Below are positions 13,541 through 39,462 of a DNA stretch of 64,000 nucleotides, one piece after another. Position numbers and translations under genes: made by a program. The DNA lies in contig CM119266.1 in the NCBI GenBank assembly GCA_051294375.1, positions 24,168,411 through 24,232,410 of the forward strand, read 5' to 3'. The notes under the pieces were generated by a model, which saw only the letters and a program-made list of their open reading frames with translations, did no database searches and was not told the DNA's origin. The first letter of the stretch is position 1, and each line of letters opens with the position of its first letter. Source of the stretch: Paraspadella gotoi (taxonomy: Eukaryota > Animalia > Chaetognatha).

Positions 13541-15285
13541 CGATGAAAATCGGTATTTCATTCCGGATAAATTAAATTATTGTAAAAAAATGAACCAAAA
13601 AAAAAAAAAAAGAAGGGCCTCGGGCGGATCACGATTGTCTGGACAAGACGAGACTTGAGCGGTTGGGAAAATTCTCTTTTTAGCTCTCGGTCAGTCTGTC
13701 CGTCAGTTTGGTTATTTTTTTGTCTGTCTGTTTTTTGCATAGGTTTTATTTACCCTTTTTTTCGTTAAACCCACCATATATATTTTTTTGTTTCTTCTTT
13801 CGTTATAAAGTTCGTCCGTCTTTTTCCGTTCGTTCGCTCTCTCTCTCTCAAACTCCGTCCAAAACGAAAAAAAAAACCCTTTGTAAACTTTAAACGAAAT
13901 TAGTCTTTATATCTCTTTGATTAAAAGGTTTATCGTCGGCAGATTCGGAGAGAGAGGATGAAAGGCGAACCCACGATTGCCGCCAATCAAAAAGATCACA
14001 ATTAGTTCGGTCCTTCTTCCAGTGAACTTCACTAAATCACATCTATCGAGAGCCGAACCACAAAAAAAAAAAACGGTTAGAAATCAAAAAACAGCTTTTT
14101 TTTTTAGAATCGACAGGAAAAAAAGCAGATGAAAGAAAAAAATAGCTGACCCGGCTGGAAAGGTAGAAAGGGAGAAGATGATTTTAATTTTAATTCATAG
14201 ATTTTTGTGTGTCTGTCTGTTGGCTAATATGAGGGTGTTGGTATCTTTCGGTTGGCAAATCCCTGTCCCTCTCTGTCCTTGTCTTTTCGCAGAACCGAAT
14301 CTCTCGACTTAAAAAAGAATTGAAGACTCACGACTGTGCAAACATTCGGACAACAGCTGCCTTCCATTTTTAGCCGAAAAAACTATGGAAAAAAAAACCA
14401 AATAACAAAAAAATGGAGGGGGGGAATTCGCCTCAAAGTAAAAAGCCATTTCACATATAGAGCCAAGTCCATGCACGGACATTTCCCTCAAACACTCGAA
14501 CCTTTTTTTTTGTGATTATTTCCCTCGACTGTTCCCCCGAAAACGGACCGAGCTGAGGTTTTAAAAAATTCAATAATCAGACGCGGAAATCGTCACAGTT
14601 CGAATACGAAAGAGAAAAAAATAGGAAAAAAAAAGAATTCAGTTCTCTCTCTCTCTCTCTTTTTTGGGACAGCCGTGAAATTCGATTTTGTTTTTTTGAG
14701 TCGTGGTATAAAGGAGAATGAGAACAAATGCATTTGCATATTTCATTAGATGTGTTGAGCTCAAAGAAGAAAATAGAAAGGACTGAGAATAAAAAATCTT
14801 AAAGGGAACGTCGAAGGGGAAAAATAGTAGATTGTTCAATTAAAACTAGTTAGGAAAAGCCCTGTCGTAAAGTTTACCTAAAGATGAGAGATGAAGAAAG
14901 AATTCAGATGTATCTATTTCGTACCTAAAATTTTATTGAATTTTTTTAATGAATTGAATATCAAATAACCTGATTCAAACTTATAAAATTTAATCAGTGT
15001 ATATTCCTTTCTTTTTCGTTGTTTTGAATTGAATTGTATTAGAGATTGGAAATTTTTTTAAACTTTTTACAACGATTTTATTTCATGATAGAAACGGATA
15101 TTTAATTAAAAAAGAAAGCACATTAGTCGTGGAAATCGTAAAATGATAGGAACAATTCTCGACTCAGATATATATACCTAATCAAAGATTAAACAAACAG
15201 CAACGAATAAAAAAAAAACAACAACAAGATTCAACACCTCAGTTTGACTGTTCTTTTTTTCCTGTCGGGCCTATGTGGCAAGAAT

Positions 15286-15334
<49 letters not shown>

Positions 15335-15479
15335 GCGTGCGTCTGGCATCAATATATTCTCTTCGTCGTTAAGCCGAGAGAATCCAGCAGCTTTTCTTTC
15401 TCCTTTTTCCATTTTTTTCTAACTCGAAATGCGATAAGTCATCTCTCCCTTCTCATTCCCCACCTCCCGGTGATCTCAC

Positions 15480-16857
15480 CTGCCATGGCCATCCAGCCCA
15501 TGGTGACGGGGTCGTAGTTGTTGTAAGCGGCGGCGGCGGCGGCCGCCGCTGCCATCGTCAACGCCGCGCTGGTTCCGTTGGACGCGGCGGCGATGGCCGA
15601 GCCGACGCCGCAGTCAGCCGCGGCGGAGGACGCCGCTCCTACGACATTGTTATTGCCGTGCGCGGCGACGCCGCCGCTCAGCGCAGCTGCCGTCGCGGCG
15701 GCGGAAGCAGACGCTCTCGAGTTCGTGGGCGCGACGACGGCCGAGGAGCAGGCGACATCTAGCGAGGAGCTGGTTAAACTGGAGGCGGACTGCGAACAAG
15801 AGGGCGCTCCCGAAGAGGAAGGCGCAGAGTATCTGCTCGACATGACGGAGAGGCATCCGGTCGGAGGCGCGGAGGGCGTGTGATGTTGCTGTTGTTGCTG
15901 CTGCTGTTGGGGCGGCGAGACTGACCCAGGCACCGTTGGCGGGGAGATGGCGGGCAGCGGGGAGACAGGGCTGTGACTGGAGTGAGGGTGGGGGTGGGGC
16001 AAATGGGCGGAAGAGGATGGGGCGACGTTAGGGAGGGACGGCGGTGGGGATTGACTGTTGACGCCGCCCTCGGATTGCTGTTGCTGCTGATGATGGTGAT
16101 GGTGATGGTGTTGCCCGTGCGGGTGAGAGTTTCCGCCGTGGACGGCGTGGTCGTGACTGCTGCCGTTTTGGCTCTGATGCTGTTGCTGTTGCTGCAGGTG
16201 ATGCTGCAGCGAAGAGGCTTGGTGATTCATCAGTTCCGATTGTCGTTCGTCGACGGAGGCGGCGTAGGAGTCGAACGACGCCGCCGACGCCGCGTGACTC
16301 TTGGCGGCGTGAAGCAGCGGCGCCGCCGGGTGAGGCACGGGAGCCGCGGCGTCGATTTGGTAAGGGTGGTGAGGGTGATGAGCGTTGAAATTCATGGCGC
16401 CGTAGGACGACTTGGAAGCCCCGGAACCAGAGAGGCGTTGGTGATCCAGGGCGCCGCCTCCTCCGCCGACGACGCCGTGAAAGTGAGGGTGATGGTGATA
16501 ATCGGCGGTGAGAGAGATAGGCGTGGCGGCACCGCCCATCGGTCCGTTGACCAACGCCGAAGCCACTCCGCCGCCCGCCCGAGAGACCCGGCGATCCTCC
16601 ACTCCCGCCCATCGACGACGCTGGGTGATGACAGTAGCCCGAGGAGCCCGGCGGCGTCGGCGGGTGACCCAGAGCGGCACCGCGCCCCCGCCGAAGGGAG
16701 AGAGGCTCTCGTTGAGCCCGAAGTTGGAACCCGTCGTCGGGGTGGTTGACATCGAGTGGACGTCCGGGGATCCGTAGTATTGGTGGTGGCGGGTGGGTGG
16801 TGGGGTGGTGGTGGTGGTGGTGGGGATGGGGGTGGTTGTTGTACAGGTCGTTTCCAT
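15480..16857 (-). CDS. First coding exon of a probable Hox/ANTP-class homeodomain transcription factor (N-terminal low-complexity region up to a hexapeptide-like motif; homeobox exon not in window)
   Basis: Longest non-microsatellite ORF in the window, inside a GC-rich island. ATG at 16857 follows an A-rich leader. Poly-His, poly-Gln, poly-Ala and Pro/Ser runs are typical of developmental transcription factors. It ends ...AAAAYNNYDPVTMGWMAMAG with ATG GCA G|GTGAGA (GT at 15479-15478, phase 1), matching the WMAIAG|intron exon-1 end of Ubx-type Hox genes. Local compensating indels are likely (see findings). Confidence 0.72.
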
Positions 16858-17734
16858 CTTTTCTTTTTTTTTCTTTCTTTTTTTTTCATTTGATTTTCTT
16901 TTTTCTTTTTCAAGAGGAGTCAATCTTCTCCGATCGTCAAATCATTATTGTCTTCCTCCGTTATCCTTATCATTTTTTTCCGCGAGAAGAGATTTTTATT
17001 TTTATTATCTTCTTTTAACGACGCGAAAATTATTCTCTTTTTTTTTTTTGGCGGGCCGAGGACTTGAAAACGCGGCGGTCCGTTAACGACGCCTCGGCGG
17101 CCGATGGCGGCGAATCGAAGAAGAGGTGAGGAGATGAGGGGGGGGAGGCGGCGCTGAATTATAAAATAGGATGATTTTTATTTACGGGCCACCGCGTCGC
17201 CGTCGCCGCCGCCAACGATGACGACGACGTTTAAAATTCTTCGGGAGAAAGAGAGAAGAGGGGAGGAACCGACGTATAAAGATGAGGTAATAACAATAAA
17301 ATGGGAGAGAGAGAGAGAGGGAGAGAGAGACACACACGGAGAGGACATAACAGGAGAAAAGAGAGAGAGAGAGAGAGAGAAGAGACCCGTAGAAAAATAA
17401 CTTTTCCCTTCTTTTATTTTCCCTCTCTTTTTTTTTTTTTTATTTGGCGAAAGAGAGAGAAAGGCGGACGGTGGACGTCGACGAGAGGTTTTAAAAACAA
17501 CGATAAAGTTTACGATTCGGCAGTAATGCCGTCGTTCGGGAGGACGAGAGGCCATGTCGTCGTCGTCGTCGTCGTCGTCGTCGCGGTGTATTGGCGAGTA
17601 TAAAAAAAATATCAAAACGAGAGAAAGAGAGAGAGACAGATAGAATAAAATAAACGGCGAGATTGAGAGAAATTTTTAGAACGAAGAAGGTCACGTGTAT
17701 ATTCGTCGAGTGAGTGAGTGAGAGAGAGAGAGCG

Positions 17735-17821
<87 letters not shown>

Positions 17822-18766
17822 CGGATGAGGAGAGGAAAAGAGGGGGAAGATTTTATCCCATTCTCTTTTCTCTCTCTTTTAACTTTCTCTAGTTTTTCTT
17901 CTTCTTTCTTCTTCGTTTTCGCGTTTTGTGTGAGTATACTTTTTTTCGTGTGTGTGCGCGGTCCCGTAATAACTGTTTGTCGTTACGACTCTAGGTAACG
18001 GCTTGGAGGTTGGCTTCGGCCCTTCGGAAACTGCGAGAAGTAAAAAGACTCGCTCGTTTAAAACGCTCCCAACTCTCTCTCTCTCTTTCTTTCTCATGAC
18101 AAAAAGCCTCTATATAACTCGTTTTACGATCGCCCGACGCGGGCCGACGAAACAGACGACGACGACGACGACGACGACGACGATCGGGATATCGAAGAGA
18201 TGCGAAGCGACGAGCGATTCGAAGAGGGAGAGAGAGCGATGAAGAGAGACGCTGAGACATAGAGAGAGACAGAGAGCATCGTCCTTTTTTTGGAAGAATT
18301 TCCCCGGGAGGAAAAGTCGAAGAGAAGAAGAGGAAAAATTGAAAGCGAGTTTGAGAGAAAAAAAAACCCGAGAGATGGCGAGACAGAGACGGTGAATCAA
18401 AAAATCAAAAATGCGGAAAAAAAAGAGCAAAGAGAAACATTGGGAGAGATTAAACGGAGATAGGGAAGAGAGAGAGAGAGAAAGACTCGCTAGTGTTATG
18501 GTAATAACACCGTCTTTCTTTCTTTCTTTCTTTCTGTCTCTCTTTATCTCCCTCCCTTTTTCTCTCTCTCTCTCTTTTCTGTGTTTTTCTCTCTCTCTCT
18601 CTCTATCCTTTTGGTTTTTCTAAAGAGAGTTGGTATTCAGACGATAGGAAAAGTAAAGGCGACCCAATCGGAGGAGGAAGAGGAGGAGAACGAGGAGAGA
18701 CTTATGAGTAGAAGAGGAAGATGAGGAGGAGCAGAATTAGGAGGAGGAGGAGGATTTGTTCATTCT

Positions 18767-18850
<84 letters not shown>

Positions 18851-19110
18851 CCTCGAGATTCAATACAAAGGCCCTTCTCAACCTTTGCCATTTGAGTCGC
18901 TGACCTGAGACGATGACGACGATGACGACGATGGACGACGATGATCACGATGACGAAAATGACGACGAATTTAACGATAACGACGAAATAGCCCCGAGTC
19001 ACTATAAAAGCCAACAATATCTTTAATATCTCGGCACTAAATTCACGGGCATAAAAAATAAACAGGCTGATTCAATTTTGAACATTTAGTTTTAATTGAT
19101 TCTATGCAGG

Positions 19111-19206
<96 letters not shown>

Positions 19207-20420
19207 CTCTCTCTCGTTAAGATTCTCACCGTTATGCAAGGGTCCTCTGGCGTGGAATGAGTGGAATCAGGTTTTCTTGGGTCGCGAGAGACTGCGAAGA
19301 GAAAAATCACCAAAAGACCATCGATACCACTGGACTAGGAACCAGGTTTTAGAACAGGATCGCATATCCTTACTATTTTTGTAGATAATGAAACCAGCTA
19401 AAAATATATTTTTTATTGAAGTTTCTAACTCTTAAATTTTTTTTCAAGTTTTTACACCTAGATGTTTTTAAATGGTGTTGTTTTCAGAAAAAGTAATCAG
19501 TTTTTTAAAAATGTTTTGGAGACCACAGAAAACAGCAATTTTCATCGTTTTAAAAACAAAACGAAAGATTCGTAACATTTTTTGGTAATTTGGATGTTAG
19601 TCGCGAAACAAGCCTTTTCTGTTTCTTTTTTTTTCTGTTTCAATCACTCAACATTGAAATCGTATACATATCTTCCCTTCAAGAAAATATATGTGTTTTG
19701 CAACTTGATTCCATTTAAATGAAAGAAAAATATACGGAGCGATAACGTAATTTCCGCGTTTTTTCTCAATCATCACAAGTTGGACTTTTGATAAGTTTGA
19801 CGTTAATTCCTTTTGTTGAAAAACTGAAGGCTAAGTTCCTATATCCTTATAAACAACTACTTTAATTTAAAAAAAATTAATGTCAAAATAAGGGTTTGCC
19901 TCTGAATTCTCACTAGTATTATGCATAGAAGGTTAAACTTTTTTTTACAGTTTTTCTTTTTTTTTTTTGTATTTTTATTCGTTACCGCATACTCTATAGA
20001 TTTGCATTTCAAACAAATAATGAATTTCTCTGCCAACTCGTCCGAAAATATCAGTTCCAATGGGGGAAAAGAAACAAAATATATTAACGTCTAGTTCATG
20101 ATGCATTTCTCTTGTTTCTTCTGAATTTTAAGAAAAATAAGCTTAAATCGATATAGCAATTTTTGACAGTTCTATTCTAAATTCATAATTTTTTCTAAGG
20201 CAAACGATATAACTAGTAAATTTTACAAACCTTTAATCAGAATGTTACAAATTATATTTTTTCTTTCATCCCTGCACATTCTCTCTTCCATTGACTTTTC
20301 CCTCTCTCGTTTAATCTTCTCCCTCCCCCGCCTCCCTTCTTCCCTACTTCGCTTTAACTTTTTTTTTCCTTTTTTTTTCGTTGCTTTTGTTTTGCTCGCG
20401 AGAAAGAGGAATTCTCCACC

Positions 20421-20457
<37 letters not shown>

Positions 20458-20474
20458 TGCCGCCACTGCCGCCC
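20421..20474. repeat. (CCG)n trinucleotide tract
   Basis: ccgccgccg... with CCACTG interruptions. Also present in the duplicate copies near 25805 and 33885. Confidence 0.95.
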
Positions 20475-20531
20475 GCATCTGACGGCGGATCTCTTTTTCT
20501 CCGAGATTTAGCGGCGTCCGATGGAATTTGA

Positions 20532-20610
20532 AGGTCAAAGGTCGCGTCCGCTTTCCCCGAGCGCCATCTTTTCCAATTCCATTTTCTCGTGGAATAAAAA
20601 ATGGCGCCCG
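20532..20610. promoter_or_regulatory. Candidate cis-regulatory module upstream of the Hox-like exon: DR1 nuclear-receptor element plus two YY1/PHO sites
   Basis: AGGTCA-A-AGGTCG at 20532-20544, CGCCATCTT at 20562-20570 and AAAATGGCG at about 20598-20606, in a GC-rich island. Retained in all three copies. Confidence 0.4.
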
Positions 20611-21813
20611 GATCCTCTTTTTTTTCCATTCTTTTTTTTCCCATTTTTCTACTCTCGTTTCTGAATTTTAAACCAGGGAGAGATTCCTATGGTTTAGGGA
20701 ATCGATTTCCTGAAAGTAAAAGTTGTCAATGAAAAAAACTATCTCGGTGTCTGTCTTTCTATCTCTTTAGCTTCATTTTTTTTTTAAAAAATGTCCGAAC
20801 TGAATTGCAAATTATTTCCATCGAATATTTCCCGATTTCCAATCCCGATGAATCCATCCGAACTACACTCGTAATTTTTCATCCTTCCATCTTTTCTCTA
20901 TTTTCCCGGAGATTGTGTATAGAGGAAGAGAGAGAGAGAGAGATGAGAGAGAGAGATAGAGAGAGATGAGAGAGAGAGAGAAAGGAAGGAGAGGAGAGAG
21001 GAGAGAGAGAGATTCCATCTCCAGATTAAGTCGTGGTCAAGCCTTCTTCTTCTCCGGCGAGTTCTGGTAGCCGAGTTCTTCCCGGGAGACCCCCCCCTCT
21101 TCGCCTCTCCCCCTTCTGGCCTTTTGTTCCCCTCAACCCTTAACCAGCTATACACCCCCCAGTCCCCCCTTCCAAATCTTGGCCATCGCCAAATCCCAGT
21201 CTCGGTGATGGACGAGGTTCGGGTTTCCATAATTTCCTTCTTTGGGGAGAGAGAGAGAGAGGAGATGCGGCAGATGCTGATGCAGCTGAAATGCTGAGAA
21301 GATGTGGATTATGCGGTTGTTGTTAAATGCAGCGCAGACGCTGCAAATGCTAATAATGAAACGTAATTTAAGAGATACTCGATTGGATCCACCTTTTGAA
21401 ATCTTATCGGATTTTTTTGCGAGACATCAAAGAAGACTCTTTCGCTTGTGTCTGTGGTTATCAGGATTGACATCGCGAAAAAATCATGAGATTAGCAATG
21501 ATCAGGCGGAAAATCAAAAATGTTCAAACAAGAACGGTGATGCCAATGTGTTGCGCCGCGTAGTGACTTTTATTTCCGTTTGATCAACATTATATATGAC
21601 ATGACATGAAATGACATGACATGACTAAAAAACTTTTCTTAGCCTCTCTCGCCCCTCTTCGCCTCCTACACTGCATTGAAATTTTATCTTTTGTTTTTTA
21701 TAGTTTTAGAGTTTCTGAAGGCGGCGATAGCAGTCACTTGAGATTTGAGTTTTTTCCTGTCGTAACAAATGAGCAACCAACTATAGGCGATTTATGCCAA
21801 TTTTAACGTAAGT

Positions 21814-21895
21814 GGGACAGACCGACGGACAGGCAGACCGACCAAAACAACCAACAAATGTGACTTATAGAGTTTCTCCGCGAGTACAGTAAAAA
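21814..21895. mobile_element. Possible terminus of the same repeat type in opposite orientation (copy at ~35265-35347)
   Basis: GACA/GACC microsatellite followed by TGACTTATAGAGT(T)...CCGCGAGT...AAAAA. TTATAGAGT is the reverse complement of ACTCTATAA at 41952-41960. Confidence 0.33.
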
Positions 21896-22266
21896 CGAGG
21901 TCGCTCAGAATGAACTTTCCAAGCTGGAAAATACGTCGATGAACTGATATTGACTGGATTACGGAAACAGGATGTATTTATTTTTGATAAGACATTTACA
22001 ATGAAATGGCGAATTCAAATGCATTGATTCTACATGTAAGAATAGCATGTCGTAGTATAGTCATGAAAAGTCTGCCTGATATTCTTTAACCTTCTCGCTT
22101 CTTATGGCTTGTTCCTCTCCTTCTATCCCTAACTCTCGGTGGTACGAGAAAAGCGAAAGGTAGCGACCACAACTTCTTGGACACGACAAATAATTCAAGT
22201 GTTTCTCAAGTCGGCATTGTAAATAAAGTAACACAAAGCTCCTGGTCTTTTTCGCATCTCTCTCTT

Positions 22267-22291
22267 NNNNNNNNNNNNNNNNNNNNNNNNN
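22267..22291. other. Assembly gap (25 N); others at 26021-26045 (25 N), 30974-31187 (214 N), 58102-58126 (25 N), 58371-58380 (10 N)
   Basis: Runs of N read directly from the sequence. Confidence 0.99.
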
Positions 22292-26020
<3,729 letters not shown>

Positions 26021-26045
26021 NNNNNNNNNNNNNNNNNNNNNNNNN

Positions 26046-35695
<9,650 letters not shown>

Positions 35696-38480
35696 CTTCC
35701 GTTCTTTCAGTTGTTTCCCTTCTCAGACTTTACTGGTATCATCAGTGTCAACTAAACCCTACAAACCTTTTCAGCAACGACATTCCTGTTTTTGCGAAAT
35801 TTCCTACGCGAAATCCCTGGTGGACATAACAAGAAAACATTAGCGATTTTAGTTCAAACGGAAAACAATTGGATTGTTTAGTTCGAAACTTTGATCTTAA
35901 TTTGATAATAGCCGCTCAAATTATCTCGTTTTACTGGACTAATAATTTTTTGATACCAATCTGAAAAAAATCCCGCATACGAATCTTTCAATTTCGAAAA
36001 TTAGGGTTCATGTGACCTTTAGTCCTTAAATAATTGACTATAGAAATATTTAATGTATATAGAGGTAGATGTAGATGATACGCACAACTTTTGATTTTTG
36101 ATTTTTGATTTTTAAAATTCCTATTTTTGTTTTTTTTTTTTTGCGTGGCATATTAGCCACTTTAACGCAGCTTATCCTCTGTCTCTTCTTTAAATTAGCT
36201 CGGCTTATTGGTCCGTTCGATTCCGGACTGGCGCTGCCCAGACGGCGCCGCTGCCGACTCGGCGGCGCGGGCGAAAGTCGGGCTGACATTCATCGCGGCT
36301 TCTGCGCGTCGCAATGAATCAGAGGCTAAGCCAACGGCGAAGGGAGAGGATCTAACGTCTAACCTTATCGACTCTTTCTTTCTCTTCTTTCTTTCTATTT
36401 TGCTCTCTTTGTTTCATACTTTCTATCTTTCTTTTTTGTCTTTCTCTTCTCTGTTTTTTCTCTTCTTCCCTTCTAGTTTTGCAGGCTTACGTTATTTTTT
36501 TATTTCTTTCTTTCCTTCTCTCTTTCTATCTCTCGTTCTTTCTCTTTTGTTTCGGTCTTGCTCTTCTCATTTCTTATTTTCTTTTGCCTTCCATATTCAT
36601 ACCTGCTCCGCTATGTAAAGAGACGACCACTGCCTTATCAAATTTAATCTTCAACTAAAGAAAATTAAAACTTTCACATAAATAAAATGAAGCTGGACAC
36701 TTGCGCTATTTGGCACGACGCGACAATTCCCTTCCAAGAGGCCCCCTCGCGCCCTACCCCCCACTCCTCCTTACTACACTCTCGGTCCGAAAGAGTTTTA
36801 ATTTTCTCGTCGCTGCGACGACCGGCGTTGTCTCTCCGTCGCTTAGCAACGGCGGAGCTTCGTTAGAAATCGCGAGATCTTTGCTTAAGTTGCGAGTTTT
36901 CTTGTCGCGTACGCCATCGAAATGAAAGAAGGGACTTTGAGAAGGGAAGGGTGAAAGAGGAAGGGAGTAGGGGAAAGGAAAAGGTTATAATGGAAAGGAG
37001 AAAGGAAAAAAAAAGTAATTCTTAGGAAAACGAAAATAAGGAAAAGGACCTTTTAATTAAGAAGATGATGACTAAATTTGTTATCAACAATATTCATGAG
37101 ATTAGAGTAAACAGCTTTGATTTAAAACCTACCAAAAAGCAATATTAACTTATTTGCTTATCAATGTAAGTATGTATAAAGGATAATAAATTTATTTTAC
37201 CTCATCTATTTTATCTCAAGCCCTCCCGAAGAATTAGGAATAAGTTGTTGATGAAAAATTAAAGAAAAAAGTAATTTTTTTAAAAGAAATTTCGCAAATC
37301 AAGTTGCGAGTTTGGATTTGAAATAAATTGAAAAAGCGAAAATGTCATTCAGAATAATGGATAAAATTTTATGGTGGACGATATTTAAAGAGGAGAAATA
37401 TGAGCTGCAGCCAGAAATAAAATAGACTCTCGGAAAAGGGCGCGGTTGAAAGGGTTGGGTGGCGGATTCCGGTCGGTCATTCGGGTTTGGTAACAGGAAT
37501 TAGAAAAGTGATACTTGGGATGAGAAAGTTTTGCTTTTAAAAACAGAGCCGATCAACCGCGTTGTCGATCTTGCATTGGCTGGACTTGAACAACGTTGGT
37601 CAATAAATGTTTTACCAATGCCGGCTTGTAAATATTTTCTTACATGATTTTTCGTTGTTTACCAGAGGAATGGTTGATTAGATGCGGTCATACTACAATC
37701 AAAAACTTTTAAATTAAAAACAAAACAAAAAACTAAAAGTTAATATCGATTAAAAAAAAACGATCGAAATAAGTTTGGTAATTCGACGTCGAAGCGCGCA
37801 ACCTCTCTCGTCTTTGCCTTTCCGATATCGACACATCATCTCCGAATCCCGATTTTTTTTTTATATTTAATCATTCCGTCCCGATAATTAAATCCATAAT
37901 TCACACGATGGCCTCGTCTACGTTGTCTCTCTCTCCCTCGGATCCGCGTGTCGCCTCAGCGCCGCTCGGCGGATAAATTTACAATCAACGACACAGAGTA
38001 GGTTTTTTTTTTTAAATTTTCGTATTCACTTTAAAAGTTAAAAAAAAAAAAGAAGAAACTATATAGATATATTTTTGTCGAGTCGTTCCCTCCCTCGGTT
38101 CGTCTCAAGCTGTCATTTTCGCATTAACTCTCCCCCGATTCTCCTTTCATTCCTTTTTGATTTAAGCGCGGCGAGATCCACTTTGCATAAATAAGCCCGA
38201 CGCCGAAACATTTATGTCTCTCCTACCCGCCAGTGATGATAGTCTTTCCGCGCGCCGCCAAAAGGGGGGGCGGGGGTGGAGAGGGAGAGGAAGGTCGAGA
38301 GGGAGGAAGAAAGAAAGAGAGAGAGAGGATGGGCGAGGGAAAGAGAGAGAGTAAAATGAGCGAGAGATTACACCGGGAGAATTTTTGAAAAAAAAAAAAC
38401 ACCTCGTAACGTTATGACTCTTTTTTCGCCCGCGAGTTTATGGACAATATATTTTTTTACAAAAGTACGTCGCGCAGCGC

Positions 38481-38535
<55 letters not shown>

Positions 38536-39411
38536 GTCTCTCTCTCTCTCTCTCGTCTCTCTCTCTGTTCGTATCAAGGACCTTAAACGCCCCCTCCCGA
38601 CTCTCAAGCTTTTTGCCGCGCTCTTTTTCCAGTCCCAGGGTTTCGAGAGACATGACGCGTTCGTCGTACTTTATCCCCTCTGGGCGCACAAAAAAGTTAT
38701 TACCTCTTTCACTCTCTTTCTCTATCTCTCTCTCTCCCTCTCTCTCTTGTCTCGCGAGTCTAAAAAATCGGTCCCGGCTCGGTCTCTATCACGCTATGTA
38801 CGGCGGAGATCCCATATTTCACCCAGTGGGCCCTTCGTGTAAATTGCGCCGTAAATCCTCATCGTTTTAACATTAACTCGATACTATTTTTTTTTCTCTC
38901 CAGAAAATTCTGGGGTCGCCGATTCAAGACGCCGACTCGCGGTTTCGGAAAGATCGAGAAATTAGCGGGAGAGAAAGAAAGGCTTGGGATCGTTGGATGC
39001 GTCCACGTGGACCAGAGACGTGGACTAAGGCATTTGTGTTTCCGGTTTTTCTTTACTTTTTAATTTTTATAGTTTAATACGCAGTTGCTGTTGAGAAGTC
39101 GATACCAGTCAATTATGATTTATTTTAAACTTGCGGCGTTCCGTAAATAGTTATAGAAGTCGTTTATTTATTACACTACTCTGGTCTTCTCACACTATAA
39201 CGATAACTTCTTTGGCGATCTCATTTTAAAATATCGTCCAAAACTGAACTTTACGAATTAAGTGTTTACTTTTCTAAGTAGCAGCTTCTTCAATACAATA
39301 AAAGACCTTCTAGTTTCAACGACGCATTTTTACACCCGCCGAAATCCTTACTAAGTTGAAGGTGTTGTTTTCCCGTTGACTTTCAAACCGAAACGAAATC
39401 GAGTTTTAAAA

Positions 39412-39462
<51 letters not shown>

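Noticed and set aside
15973-16749. 258-aa plus-strand ORF and other ORFs overlapping the Hox-like exon
   Set aside because: Shadow frames of a GC-rich coding exon. The poly-L/V/M runs are reverse complements of Gln/His codons.
16858-16923. ORF-track N-terminus MTPLEKEKRKSNEKKRKKKKEK as a nuclear localisation signal
   Set aside because: It starts at a TTG and is just the A-rich leader. The first in-frame ATG is at 16857.
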